Source of the DNA: Mobula hypostoma
Taxonomy: Eukaryota
DNA length: 64,000 nucleotides
NCBI RefSeq assembly: GCF_963921235.1
Contig: NC_086097.1
Coordinates: forward strand, 75,022,001-75,086,000
Direction of reading: 5' to 3'
The notes beneath the pieces were generated by a model that did no database searches, was not told the DNA's origin, and worked only from the letters and a program-made list of their open reading frames with translations. Shown piece after piece: positions 51,241 to 63,596 of this stretch (position 1 is its first letter; every line of letters starts with the position of its first letter). The position numbers were made by a program, and so were the translations under genes.

Positions 51241-52019
51241 ATGAAACACCCTTGGCCATATAAATATGAAATGTCATTGCCTGCATTGTTCTGTGGGGGT
51301 ACATTAATCAGGTGCAGAGATTTCACCCTGGTGCACTGTACGCTTCACAACCCTGTCTAGTGAAGACGGCAGCTGTTGTCAGTGGAGGAGCTGCATGCAG
51401 ATCCTGAGCCCGAGGGCCATGAGAGAGAGCCTGGAGTGCAGCAGGAGCAAGGGGAGCAGGAGGACAAGGAGAGCAACAGGGGGAATCCCAGATGATCAGC
51501 AACAGCCTCCGCTCACAGCAGAGCAGAGGAGACAGGCATTGTCTGCACAGGCTGTACGAGTTTCTCTTAGAGAGAAGCTTTTCATGAAGAACCTGCTAAA
51601 AAAGAATCCTCAAGGAAGACAGTGTTACCCTCCCATGTAACATTCCTTAACACTAAAATTTTGCCAGTGATCAACGGGAGGGGTCAGAATACTCACAATA
51701 ATCTGTCACACCCTCCTCCTTTATAGAAAATCAGCAACAAGATCGATTCCATGATCAAAGAATTTAATTTATATTTCTGAAATATCTCTTTTTCTTGATG
51801 AGTAGCACCTAGTTTAAGTGAATCTGACCTTCACATAAAATGCAACTTTTTTAATCGGCTGCACTCTGTGTATATTAACCTGCTGGAAATATTGGCCCAT
51901 TGGGACTACTCTCTTCATCAACAGTGGAGTGGTTGGCATTGAGGCAGCTAAGAGCCAATGTACATAGCAACATATCCATCAGATTGGCATTCACCAGGTC
52001 CTGGAGGTATACTGCATGG

Positions 52020-52860
52020 GTTTTGTCAACTCATCCATGCTGACCAAGGTGCCTTCTAGAACTAGACCCATTTCCCTGTATCTGGTCTGTACCTCTTTGA
52101 ACCTTTCCTATCGATGAACCTGTCCAAATGTTTTGTAAGCTTTATAATTGGAGCCATTTCTCCAACTTTCTCTAGAAGTTCATTCCATATACCCATTAGC
52201 TTCTGTGTGAAAAGGCCGTCCCTCAGGTCACCTTTAAATCTTTCTTCTCTCACTTTAAACCCATGTCCTCTAGTTTTAGAATCTCCTACCCTAGGGAAAA
52301 CAGCAGCCTCCTTACTGATAGTCGTCATGATTTTATAAACTTCTATAAAGTCACCACTCAGCATCCTTTGCTACAGCCTGAGCCTATCTAGTCCTTCCTT
52401 TAAACTCAAGCTCTCCAAACACAACAGCATCTTTGTCCATCTTTTCTACACCCTCTTGAGCTTAATGAGACCCTTTTTATAATATGGCAACCAGAAATGC
52501 ACATAGTACTCCAGGTGTAGAGTCACCAACATCTTGTACAGCTGTAACATGATATCCAAGCTCTTTCAGTCATTGCCCTGTCTGATAAAGACAAGCATGA
52601 CATACATCACCTTCATTACTTTGACTATCCATGTCACCACTTTCTCTTTATTCTATAGCACTCCACAGAGCCCTGTCATTCATTGTGCATGTCCTGTCCA
52701 ACTTCCTAAAATGCAACGCTGTGCATTTGTCTGAGTTAAATTCCATTTTCCATTCTTTCGCCTAGTTTTGCAATTTATTGACATCTTGTTGTAACCTTAG
52801 ACAGCCTTCTTTACTATCCACCACAGAACTGATTTTAGTGTCACCTGCAAACTTACTGAA
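52020..52860 (-). mobile_element. CR1 3' portion (older); resumes at ~53206-53235 after a SINE
   Basis: GDFIEVYKIM, KTRGHGFKV, HLEY. Confidence 0.8.
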
Positions 52861-52861
52861 G

Positions 52862-53205
52862 ATTAAAAAAGATTAGCTTTATTTGTCACATGTACAGCAA
52901 AATATTGAAACATACAGTGAAATGCATCACTTGCATCAATGACAAACAGGGTCTGGATATGTGCTAAGGGCAACCTTCAAGTGTCACCATGCTTCTGGCA
53001 CTTATATACCAAGCCTACAACTTACTAATCCTAATTTATACATCTTTGGAATGTGGGAGGAAACTGGAGCACCCTGGAGGATGCACACCTGGTCATGGGG
53101 AGAACTTAGAAAATCTTCACAGACAGCTGTGGAACTTGAACCCCCGTGGCTGATAGCTGAGAGTGTAATGGCATTACACTAACCACTATGCTACCATGTT
53201 GCCCT
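52862..53205 (-). mobile_element. V-SINE variant with a different 3' tail
   Basis: V-domain and tRNA head as in the other copies; the tail (AGATTAGCTTTATTTGTCACATGTAC) differs. Confidence 0.7.
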
Positions 53206-53459
53206 AATCATGCCACCTACATTCTTATCCAAATTGTTTTAAGCAAGTGAAAACTACGTTTATTTGGCAATGGAAAGTCCCTCAACGACACCACTTAAAA
53301 TTCACTTTTGATCATTACACCAACTAACCATTTCAGTGCACTTAACAGGGTAGAACTGATGAGCTATTGGCCTGAGAAGCTTAATATTTATCACACATCA
53401 CAACAGTTGGATCTGACAATTGTTTTGACCTGCTTTCCTCTATAAGCAATAACTTTTCA

Positions 53460-54825
53460 TTCCAACTGGCAGGAGTGTTCAAGGACATCTTCAATCTCTC
53501 ACTTCTGCAGGCAGAGGTATGGGAACCTTCGCCTGCTTCAAAAGGGCAACAATCATACCACTGCCCAAGAAGAGCAGGGTGAGCTGCCTCAGTAATTATC
53601 ACCCAGTGGCACGTTCATCTACTGTGAAGAAGTGCTCTGAGAGGTTGGTCATGGGCAGATTCAACTCCTGCCTGAGCAAGGACCTGGAGCTGCTACAATT
53701 TGTCTATGCCACGATAGGTCCACAGTGGATGCAATCCCACTAGCTCTCCCCTCATCCTTCTCATTGTATCACCTAGACAATAGCAATACCTACCTCAGGC
53801 TGCTGTTTATTGATTGCAGCTCATCAACACAATTATACCCTCAGTTCTAATCAACAAGCTCCAAAACCTGGGCCTCTGTACTTCCCTCTGCAACTGGATC
53901 ATTGACTTCATCACTGGGAGACCATAGTTAGGGTGGATCAGAAATAACATCTCCTCCTCACTGATAATCAATGCTGGTATACCTCAAGGATGTGTGATTA
54001 GCCCACTGCTCTGCCTTCTCTACACCCATGGCTATGTGGTTAGGTATAGCTCAAACTCTATCTATAAATTTTCTGTTGAGACAACTATTGCTGGCAAAAT
54101 TTCAGATGCAGATGAGGAGATGTGCAGGGGTAAGATAGATCAGTTGGTGTTGCAAAAACAACTTTTATTCAACATCAGTAAGACCAAAGAATTGATTGTG
54201 GGCTTCAGGAAGGGGCAGTTGAGGGAACACAAACCGTCTTCATCGAGGGATCAGCAGTGGAAAGGGTGAGCAATCTCAAGTTCCTGGGTGTCAACATCTC
54301 TGAAGATCTTTCCTGGACCCAACATATTGAAGCAATTACAAAGAAGGCACACAACAGCAGCTATATTTCATTTGGAGTTTGAGGAGACTTGGTATATCAC
54401 CAAGGGCTCTTGCAAATTTCTACAGATGTACCATGGAGAGCATACTGCTTGGTTGCATCACTGCCTGGTATGGAGAGGCCACTGCAATGGATCAGAAAAA
54501 GCTGCAGAAAGTTGCAAACGGAGCCATCTCCATCAAGGGCACCAGGCTCCCCAGCATCAAGAACACCTTCAAAATGTGGTGCCTCAAAAAGGCAGCATCC
54601 ATCATTAAGGACCCCCATCACCCAGGACATGCCCTCTTCTTGTTGTTACCATCAAAAGGGAGGTATTGGAGCCTGAAGGCACACATTCAACAATTCAGCA
54701 ACAACTTCTTCCCCTTCACCATCAGATTTCTGAATGGACAATGAACCTATGAATACTACCTCACTAAATTTTTGTTTGCTCTCTTTTTGCACAACTTATT
54801 TAATTTAAAAAATATATATATACAG
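53460..54825 (+). mobile_element. Rex1/Babar LINE, decayed
   Basis: FKRATIIPLPKK, NYHPVA, GIPQGCVISP, IIKDPHHPGHALF. Confidence 0.85.
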
Positions 54826-54830
54826 TACTT

Positions 54831-56985
54831 TGATGTGTATTTAATACTTCAGTAATATGTGAGTAATATTGTAAACATATTGCAGCAACCCATACAAATT
54901 GGTGGAAGAAATCAACAAGTCAGGCAGCTTCCATGGAAAGAAAGGTCTTCGTCCAAATGTTGACTGTTTATTCATTTCCATGGAAGCTGCCTGACCTGCT
55001 GTGTTCCTCCAGCATTTTGTGTGTGATGCGCTGGATTTCCAGCAACTGCAGACTTTCTCATGTTTATTGTAAGCATATTGCTTGATTAAGCATTCTTTGT
55101 TTCTTTAGATAATTCGTTATGGTTTATATGTAACAATATGTGAATGGCGAATATCATCATGCCACCATGCCATACATGCGTGCCTGACAAAGTAAAAACA
55201 TAACTAGAGTACACAGGTTTATCCCGGTCTCCTTGTGTTTTTCATTTGATAAATTTCTGAAGTTCAAAACATAACAGGGTTGATGAGAAAGTTTTACTGA
55301 ACCAGGGATGACTAAATATCAGTTGAAGCACGGCCAAATGTTGAAGTTAAGAAAGGTAGAAAATGTACAAATTCACAGATTCATAACAGAGAGAAATGGG
55401 TGATAATAATCATAATTTTTAAAAAAAGCTGAAGTGGCTTGCTACATCAGAAAGAAAGATGCATTTGATTGCACAGGTGATAACTGGATACTGTTTTCTG
55501 AGCAAATTGAACAGTATTTTAAAGCAAATGAAATAGCCATTGAAAAGTGAGTGCCAGTTTTGCTGAGTGCATTAGGTCAAAAAGCAAACAGTTTGCTTAG
55601 ATGTTTCACTGCTCCAACCAAACCAGCAGAAATGAGCTTTGCTGATATCATGGAAGTAATAAGGAACATTTAGAACTGAAACCATTGCTGATTGTAAAAC
55701 ACTTTAGTTTACATAAGTAGAATCAAAAGGAAGGGGAATTGAAGAGATTGAGCATTCTCAGTTCAGCAATGGCCTTAATGCACTGAAGATCATTTAGTTT
55801 GTGGAATCTTACAACAAAGCATTGAAAATTGGATGCGAACTAAAGAATAACTTACATTGAAAAGAGCAGTTGAAATCACTGTATCAATGGAAACTGCAAA
55901 CAGAGATGCAATTGAGTTGCAATCAGGAATGAAAGTGAGAGTGAACAAAATTGCAATGTCTAAACAGAAACTGGCCTGGCCAAACAAATTGTATTACCAT
56001 TGTGACAGGTGCTCACATACACTGGACCAATGCAGGTTCAAAGGTGAAACAAAGTAGGTGAAAAATGCAACAAAGTAGGACACATACAAAGAGCATGTTG
56101 GGTAGGCAAAATTGAATGGACTGCAGAGGAAAGTGAAATAGATAAAAAATCGAGTTGCAGTTCCAAAAAGAGCACTAATCTGCATGTTCTTGATGGAAAA
56201 TCTGATAATGATGAGAGTGGCACAGGACTGTGAAGCCTTGAAATTCACAATGTGAAAGCTGATAAAAGACAAGCAATATGGGTTACACCAGAAATGAATG
56301 TCAAATTAATTAAAATGGAATTGGACACTGGCTCAGCTGTTTCAGTCATTCAACAAAATGATTTTGAATGGCATTTCAAAGATACTGAACTGTAGTTTAT
56401 GGATATCCAGTTAAGAACTTAAACTGGAGAAAAGATAACTCCTGTGAGAATGACATTCATAACAGTGAAATACAACCAATAAACCACATTGGGCTTGTAT
56501 GTGCTAAAAACAGGAGAGCCATCATTGTGGGAAGTGATTGGCTGGGACAATTACACTTGATTGGAGATCCATCTGCCATTTGCATGCCACATTCCCTGCA
56601 ATAGAGGCAACTGAAAGCAAATTAAGAAAGCTGCTGGATGATGTACAGCAGTGTTTGAGGATGGCATTGGACTCAAACATATCAAGGGTAAAAAATGTTA
56701 AATGAAAATACCACACCCAAGCTTTGCAAATCCCATCTGCTTCTTTGTACCATCTGTGACATTGGAGCCAGTGAGCTAGATCATATGGAGGCTGAAAGAA
56801 TTCTTTCCAAGGTTGAGTGGAGCTCACGGACAATGTCAGTGATCCCAGTTGCTAAGAAGAGTAGATCAGTCAGGATCTGCGATGATTTTAAGGTCACCAT
56901 CAACCCTGTACTGAAAGTAGATCAATACCCTCAGCCCACAATAACAAACTTTTCTGGAGGAAAACACTTTAGCAACGTAGACTTA
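54831..56985 (+). mobile_element. Gypsy LTR retrotransposon: 5' LTR (54831-55276), gag, protease and RT start; 3'-truncated and decayed
   Basis: TG...ATAACA LTR, then EQYFKANEI, TAPTKPAEMSFADI, MELDTGSAVSVI, VRICDDFKVTINPVLKVDQYP. Confidence 0.85.
54884..55064. mobile_element. Penelope-terminus miniature inverted element inserted in the Gypsy LTR
   Basis: Inverted arms (GTCAGGCAGCTTCCATGGAAA / TTTCCATGGAAGCTGCCTGAC). 17-bp TSD TATTGTAA(A/G)CATATTGC at 54867-54883 and 55065-55081. Confidence 0.8.
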
Positions 56986-56992
56986 GAAACCA

Positions 56993-57090
56993 GAAGCACA
57001 AGAGGTTCTGCAGATGCTGGAAATCCTGAGAGACACACACATAATTCTTCAGTAATTCAGCATGTTAATGCTGCATCTATGAAAGAAAAT
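56993..57090 (-). mobile_element. Penelope-terminus fragment
   Basis: CACAAGAGGTTCTGCAGATGCTGGAAATCC...GCATCTATG. Confidence 0.6.
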
Positions 57091-57350
57091 ATTAAATTAT
57101 CACACAGTGTTTTGAGGTAGAATAAGTTGAAATAGTAACAGAATGAAGAATGTAAAGTGTAACAGCTACAGATAAAATGTAACAACTAAAGTGCCGTGCA
57201 GGAAAACTATAAAATGCAAGATCAGAACTAGGCAGATGTGAGGTGAACAGTCGACCTAGAGAACCATTTAACAGTCTTATTACAGTGGGGTAAAAGATAT
57301 CCTTGAGTGTGGTACAATGCCTGGTACCTAATGCAATATTTCCTTCCAAT
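57090..57350 (-). mobile_element. Rex1/Babar 3' fragment
   Basis: TTLKDIFYPTVIRLLN. Confidence 0.55.
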
Positions 57351-58489
57351 GTGGAAGGGGATCATTTTGACATGTTAAATCAGTGCTAGTTCGCAAAGTA
57401 ATTCCATTCCCTAATTTTCTGTGTAAAATCATCACATGATCTCCTTCATATTCCTCTGCCTCTTATATGAATCCCAGTTTTGGTGGTGGACTGTGTATTG
57501 TAAGAATGAAACAAATTAGGAGTTAAATCTTTCATACAATAATCAAACTGGTGTGGCTCATCATGTCCAATTGTTGCCAGAATAATCTGAGATCTATACC
57601 ATAAATCTACTTATTTCACAATTGTATGCTTGCTGTTTCGAGACCATACTTCTTAGCAGGAGAATATCATTTAATGTCAAGCTGCAATCAAGAATACACT
57701 TATGTATGTTGGCCAGACAGGTACGACATCTGCAACCTTTCTAGGGGAAGCATGGTGGGATCTTCAGTGATGCCAACAGCTGTCACACTGGTGTCATTAT
57801 TCTTCATGCAATGAAAGATATTTTTTCCTAATAAGGATGCATTAGAAATGTGCTTGTGTTTCGAGAATCATTTATGACAACAAATCAAAAATCACTGCAG
57901 TTGTCTCCAAGTTTTGGCATCCGAATATATTTCCTTCTTGACAGCCATGTACATGAGCCCTGATGTCCTTGCGTTATGTCAGAATTACTCTGGGGTGGCT
58001 GGAGTTCTGTACCAGGAATACTGTTCTCATCTCCACTAATCCACACAGGCACACTTGATGACCCACAAGGAGTTGTTATCCTACGTGAGCTAGTGCCATG
58101 CTTCTGCCCATGAAACGGAAAGGGTGCTTTGGGCTAGGAGGCTGTGGGGTTGTGTGAGCATGCAGCCTAGAGGGCCATGGCATGAGAGGTGATATTGGTG
58201 TCCTGAAGCTGCCAGCAGATGACCTCCCAAGAGACTTTGGTTCAATGAGCTGTTCACATTAAAGCAGATCTATCAAGTTCCAGAACCAGAGTTGCAGCAA
58301 AAAGATCTTAAATCAGAAGTGTTTGGAACCTGTTATCTTAACTCTTCTCCTCAAACTCAGGTCTTCATGCAGTCTGCTTGGGTGAATGGTGAGGGTGTGA
58401 GGGATCTTTTAGTCTCCGTTCCTGAAGGACAGTGTAGGGGAGTGTATGGATATGCAAATTTGTAGAAAGAATAAAGGTGTACACTTTTA

Positions 58490-59170
58490 TTAAATGGAAA
58501 GCAATATTCAGAAATTTAGGGTGTAAACTTGAGAACTTCGGACTTCTAATTCAAGATTGAGTCAGTAGTTAGGATAGAAAATGTAATGTTAACATTCATT
58601 TCGAGGGGACTAGAATATAAAAGCAAGGATGTAATACCCTTGGTTTATAAGGCATTGGTCAGACTGCACTTGGAGTATTGTGAACAGCTTTGAGCCCCAT
58701 ATCTAAGAAAAGATGTGATGGCCTTGGGGAGAGTCTAGAGGAGGTTCACAGGAATGGTTCCAGGGTTTAAGCGTTAACGTATGAGGAGCGTTTGATTGCT
58801 CTGGGCCTGAACTCACTGGAGTTTAGAAGAATGAGGGGAGAATCTCATTGAAACCACTGAATATCGAAAGGCTGAGATTGAGTGGATGTAAAGAGGATGT
58901 TTCCAATACTGGGAGAGTGTAGGACCAGAGGGCACTGCCTCAGAATAGATGGACATCCCTTTTGTACAAGGATGAGGAGGAATTTCTTTCGCTAGAGGGT
59001 GGTGACTCGGTGGAATTTAATGCCATAGATGGCTGTGGCGGTCAAGTCATTGAGTATATTTAAAGCATAGGTTATGTTCTTGATTAGTAAGGGCATCAAA
59101 GGTTACAGGGAGAAGAAAGGAGAATGGGGTTGCGAGGGTAAAAATCAGCCATGATTGAATGATGGAAACA
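58490..59170 (+). mobile_element. CR1 3' portion
   Basis: YKALVRLHLEYC, YEERL, FRRMRG. Confidence 0.8.
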
Positions 59171-59261
59171 TGAGCTGCTCGATGGTTGTTATCCTTGTGT
59201 CTAATTACACTAGCAATCTGTTCACAACTGTTCTGTTCACAACTGTTGATCATTGTAAACA

Positions 59262-61262
59262 GTGATCTGCTCATGTATCAACTCCGGAGACCTTCCATCC
59301 TCAGCCGCTAAACTCATTATTCCCACACCCCGTACCGCTTGGTTTTACCTTTTCCCCAAGATACACAAGCCTGACCGTCCCGGTAGACCCATAGTTTCTG
59401 CCTGCTCCTGTCCCACCAAACTTGTATCTGCCTACCTGGACTCCATTTTGTCACCCATAGTTCAGTCCCTCCCCACCTACATCTAGGATACTTTCCATAC
59501 CCTCCACCTCTTCAATAACTTACAGTTCCCCGGTCTCGACCACTTCATTTTCACTATGGACATCCAATCCTTGTACACCTTCATTCCCCATCAAGAAGGC
59601 CACAAAGCCCTCCGCTACTTTCTGGATAATAGACCTCACCAGTTCCCCACCACCACTACCCTCCTCCGGTTGGTGGAACTGGTTCTCACACTTAATAACT
59701 TCTCTTTTGGCTCTTCCCTCTTTCTTCAGACTAAGGGTGTAGCTATGGGAACTCACATGGGCCCCAGCTATGTCTGCCTCTTCGTTGGTTATGTGGAACA
59801 GTCTATGCTCCAAACCTATTCTGGTACTGCTCCCCAACTTTTTCTTCGGTACATTGACGACTATATTGGTGCTGCTTCCTGCACCCATGCTGAGCTCGTC
59901 AATTTCATCGACTTTACTTCAAACTTCCACCCAACCCTCAAATTCACTTGATCTATCTCGGACATTTCTCTCCCCTTTCTCGACCTCTCGGTCTCCATCT
60001 CTGGAGACAGACTGTCCACTGACATCTTCTACAAGCCCACTGACTCTCATAACTACCTCAACTATACTTCTTCCCACCCCGCCACATGCAAAAATGCCAT
60101 TCCTTGTTCCCAGTTCCTCCGTCTCCACCGCATCTGATCCCAGGATGAGGCTTTCCATTCCAGGACATCTCAAATGTTCTCTTTCTTTAAAGATCACGGT
60201 TTCCCTTCTACTGTCATCAATGATGCACTCACCCGCATCTCCTCCATTTCCCACACTTTGGCCCTCACCCCATCCTACCGCCACCACAACAGGGACAGAA
60301 TTCCCCTTGTCCTCACCTACCACCCCACCAGCCTCTGGATCCAGCACATTATCCTCCGCAACTTCCGCCTCCTTCAACAGGACCCCACCACTAAGCACAT
60401 CTTTCCCTCTCCACCTCTCTCCGTTTTCCGCAGGGATCGTCCCTCCATGAATCCCTGGTCCACACTCCCCTCCCCATGGATCTCCCACCTGGCACTTATC
60501 CCTGTAAGCGCAAGTGCTACACCTGTCCCTACACCTCCTCTCTTGCCACCGCTCAGGGCCCCAAACAGTCCTTCCAGGTGAGGCAACACTTCACTTGTGA
60601 GTCTGTTGGGGTCACCTATTGCATCTGGTGCTCCCGATGCAGCCTCCTCTACATCGGTGAAACCCGCCGCAGATTGGGGGACTGCTTCGTCGAGCACTTC
60701 CACTCCATCCGCCACAACAGACAGGATCTCCCAGTAGCCACCCACTTCAACTCTGCTTCCCACTCCCATTCAGATATGTCCATACATAGCCTCCTCTACT
60801 GCCATGATGAGGCTAAACCCCAGCTGGAGGAGCAACACCTTATATACCGTCTAGGTAGTCTCCAGCCCCTTGGTATGAACATAGAATTGTCCAACTTCCA
60901 GTAATTCCCTCCCCTCCCTTCCTCTATCCCTATTTCACTCTGTCCCCTGCCCCAGCTGCCTATCATCTCCCTCTTGGTTCCTCCTCCTTCTACTACCCAT
61001 TGTGTTTTCCCCTATTCCTTCTTCACCTTTCCTGCCTGTCACCTCCCTGCTTCCCCTCCCCACCCCTTTATCTTTCCCCTTACTGGTTTTTCACCTGGCA
61101 CCTACCAGCCTTCTCCTTCCCACCCTCCCCCCACCTTCTTTATAGGGCCTCTGCCCCTTCCCCCTACAGTCCTGACGAAGGGTTCCGGCCCAAAACGTTG
61201 ACTCATTGTTTCCACGGATGCTGCCCGACCTGCTGAGTTCCTCCAGCGTGTTGTGAGTGTTG
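59262..61262 (+). mobile_element. Penelope-like element, 5'-truncated, well preserved (RT + GIY-YIG + 3' UTR + hammerhead)
   Basis: FYLFPKIHKP..PGRPIVS, MDIQSLYT, GVAMGTHMGPSY, FLRYIDD, CKRKCYTC, GVTYCIWCSRCSLLYIGETRRRL, GMN. A few stops and frameshifts. Confidence 0.93.
61167..61204 (+). ncRNA. Minimal type I hammerhead ribozyme motif (best-preserved copy)
   Basis: cAGTC-CTGACGA-a-GGG-ttccgg-CCC-AAAA-C-GTT-GACTc. Stems I and II pair; two CpG-type transitions separate it from GAAAC-GTC. Confidence 0.65.
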
Positions 61263-61847
61263 TATGTGTGTCTCTACTCTGGTCAATGAGGGCATCAAAT
61301 TACTCCCAGATGGAGCATCCTTGAAAAGTTTCCAGCTGATCCCTTGTAACAGGATCATGCTGAGGTTGCAGACACTTCCTATGTCATCTATCTGTGCCTC
61401 AGCAACCGACACTGCCAACATCAGTTCAAGGTGATGTTGATCTGGGAGCATTTGTGGACCGTGAGTGCAGAAATCATGAATCAATGGTATTTGGTTGAAT
61501 CAGTATATGGACATCAGCGTTTTAGATAAATATAAATTTAAAGAGAGCATTAGCTGACTGATGCTATAAAGGAGACAGTAGGCAGCCTTTGTGACTCAGT
61601 CAAACGGTTTTAATCTTATCATAGTGTCAAGTATGACAGCAGGGTTACCAACTCTGAGTTGGTCAAGAATGTTCAGTCACTTAGCATTCAAAATGAAGTA
61701 GTAAATTCGATTAGATGCTAACTTCATGGGAGGAGTCATAGAGTGGTAGGAGATGGTTGCTCTCTGACTGGAGGCCTGTGAATAATGGTGTGCCACAGGA
61801 ATCGGTGCTGGGTCTGTTGTTGTTTATCATCTATATCGATGATTTGG

Positions 61848-62433
61848 CATGTCAACAAATGCACTCAAAAACTTCTATAGTTGTACCGTGGAGAGCATTC
61901 TGACAGGCTGCATCACTGTCTGGTATGGAGGGCCTACTGCTCAGGACCGAAAGAAGCTGCAGAAGGTTGTAAATCTAGTCAGCTCCATCTTGGGCACTAG
62001 CCGACAAGGTACCCAGGACATCTTTAGGGAGTGGTGTCTCAGAAAGGCATCGTCCATTATTAAGGATCTCCAGCACCCAGGGCGTGACCTTTTCTCACTG
62101 TTACCATCAGGTAGGAGGTACCGAAGCCTGAAGGCACACACTCAGTGATTCAGGAACAGCTTCTTCCCCTCTTCGATTCCTGAATGGACTTCGAAGCTTT
62201 GGACACTACCTCACTTTTTTAATATACAGTATTTCTGTTTTTGCATATTTTTAAATAATCTATTCAATATACATAATTGATTTACTTGTTTATTTATTGT
62301 TATGTTTTATTTTATTTATTATTTAATTTTTTTCTTTCTCTGCTAGATTATGTATTGGATTGAACTGCTGCTGCTAAGTTAACAAATTTCACGTCACATG
62401 CCGGTGATAATAAACTTGATTCTGACTTCTGAC
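61848..62433 (+). mobile_element. Rex1/Babar 3' fragment
   Basis: NFYSCTVESILTGCITVWYG...LLPSGRRYRSLKAH and a (TTCTGA)n tail. Confidence 0.85.
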
Positions 62434-62603
62434 TTATGCTCTGGTTGATAATGTGGTAAACTGAACCAGCAAATTTGCAGAAGACATCAAGATTAGGGGT
62501 GTAGTGGATAGCAAGGAAGACTATCAAAGCTTGCAGCGGGATTTAGACCAGCTAGAAAATGGGCTGAAAAATGGCAGATGGAATTTAATGCAGACGAGTG
62601 TGA

Positions 62604-62820
62604 GATCAGAATCAGAATCAAGTTTATTATCACTGGCACATGTCGTGATATTTGTTAACTTAGCAGCAGCAGTACAGTGCAATACACGATAATATAGAAT
62701 GAACAAAATAATTAAGTTAAAACAATTATAATAAGTATACATATGTGTATTAAATAGATTAAAAATAATGCAAAGCAGAAATAATACAATAAAAAGTGAG
62801 GTATGTTCGTGGGTTCAATG
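62604..62820 (-). mobile_element. Rex1/Babar 3' UTR fragment, inverted relative to the neighbouring copy
   Basis: (ATCAGA)n tail; reverse complement of the 62350-62425 sequence. Confidence 0.75.
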
Positions 62821-63596
62821 TTGTATTTTGGCAGGACCAAGAGTGTAGGACTTACACAGTGAGCAGCCTCTCAGTGTCTTCATGACCTGTTTCTTTATCT
62901 TGTGTGAATAAACTGAACTTACTGAAAAGTTTTGGTGACCTCAAAGATGAGGACAGCCAATTTAATACACGTGGTTGAAGCTGATTGAAAATGCTTAAGC
63001 TTCTATTTGAATATGTGAGCTGAATTTCCCTATCCTTGAGGTTGAACATGCTTGTAAAATAGTTTCTTCCTGTTAGTTGCAAACTACCAATCCACTGGGT
63101 TATCGATTGTAATTCACGGAGCTTTATGGATCCAAATCTTGAACTGTTGAATCGGTTCTTAACCAAACACAGTTAGTGCAGTGGTAGTTCCACATGGCAT
63201 AATGGAAGATGCTTTCAATGAGAAGGTGAGACCTCCTGCATGAGAGCTGTAAGATACTGTAACTGCTGCAGACGTTAATGTGCACATGCACGCCTGGGAC
63301 AATTACAGTATATTGAAGAGGATAAGATAAAACAGTAATTTTCTCATACGGTCTCTCTCTGATGATAGCTAAGCAAAGTCTCCACTGGATCAGCTGGTGA
63401 TATTAGTACAGAGTCACCTTTAGTAAAAATACCCTGTGCATGGTTCATTCTGTATCTTAATGCTTCCATTGAGGAAGCATGATAAGTGGCAGCAGGAGAT
63501 TTCCTGGTTGATAAATTGACTAAAGACATCATGGGATTTAGAGACACTGCTAAGAACACAATTCTTTTAATTGAGTCAAATTTCTCAACCTACCTC

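Larger units (their letters stand above)
49741..51540 (+). pseudogene. Fossil PIF/Harbinger (HARBI1-like) DDE transposase split by three insertions
   Basis: Ordered decayed motifs: TLKF; AAHCGIRE; EGCHSVDVKMIVGH...VSAMFLVTTHDSFILR; YLIPIYSPTEAGEC*CNES; TLGHINMKCHCLHCSVG; LVHCTLHN; then an acidic tail. Confidence 0.65.
61730..62862 (+). mobile_element. CR1 RT fragment split twice by Rex1 insertions
   Basis: GVPQESVLGLLLFIIYIDDL (to 61847); resumes DNVVN..SKFAED at ~62445 and again at ~62820. Confidence 0.75.

Noticed and set aside
51395..51640. GC-rich 81-aa ORF as a host exon
   Set aside because: It overlaps the acidic tail of the Harbinger fossil in another frame and has no clear splice sites or homology.
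59217..59248. Direct repeat CTGTTCACAACTGTT twice, as a CRISPR-like or functional repeat
   Set aside because: Only two adjacent units with no spacer; probably a junction scar at the Penelope 5' end.
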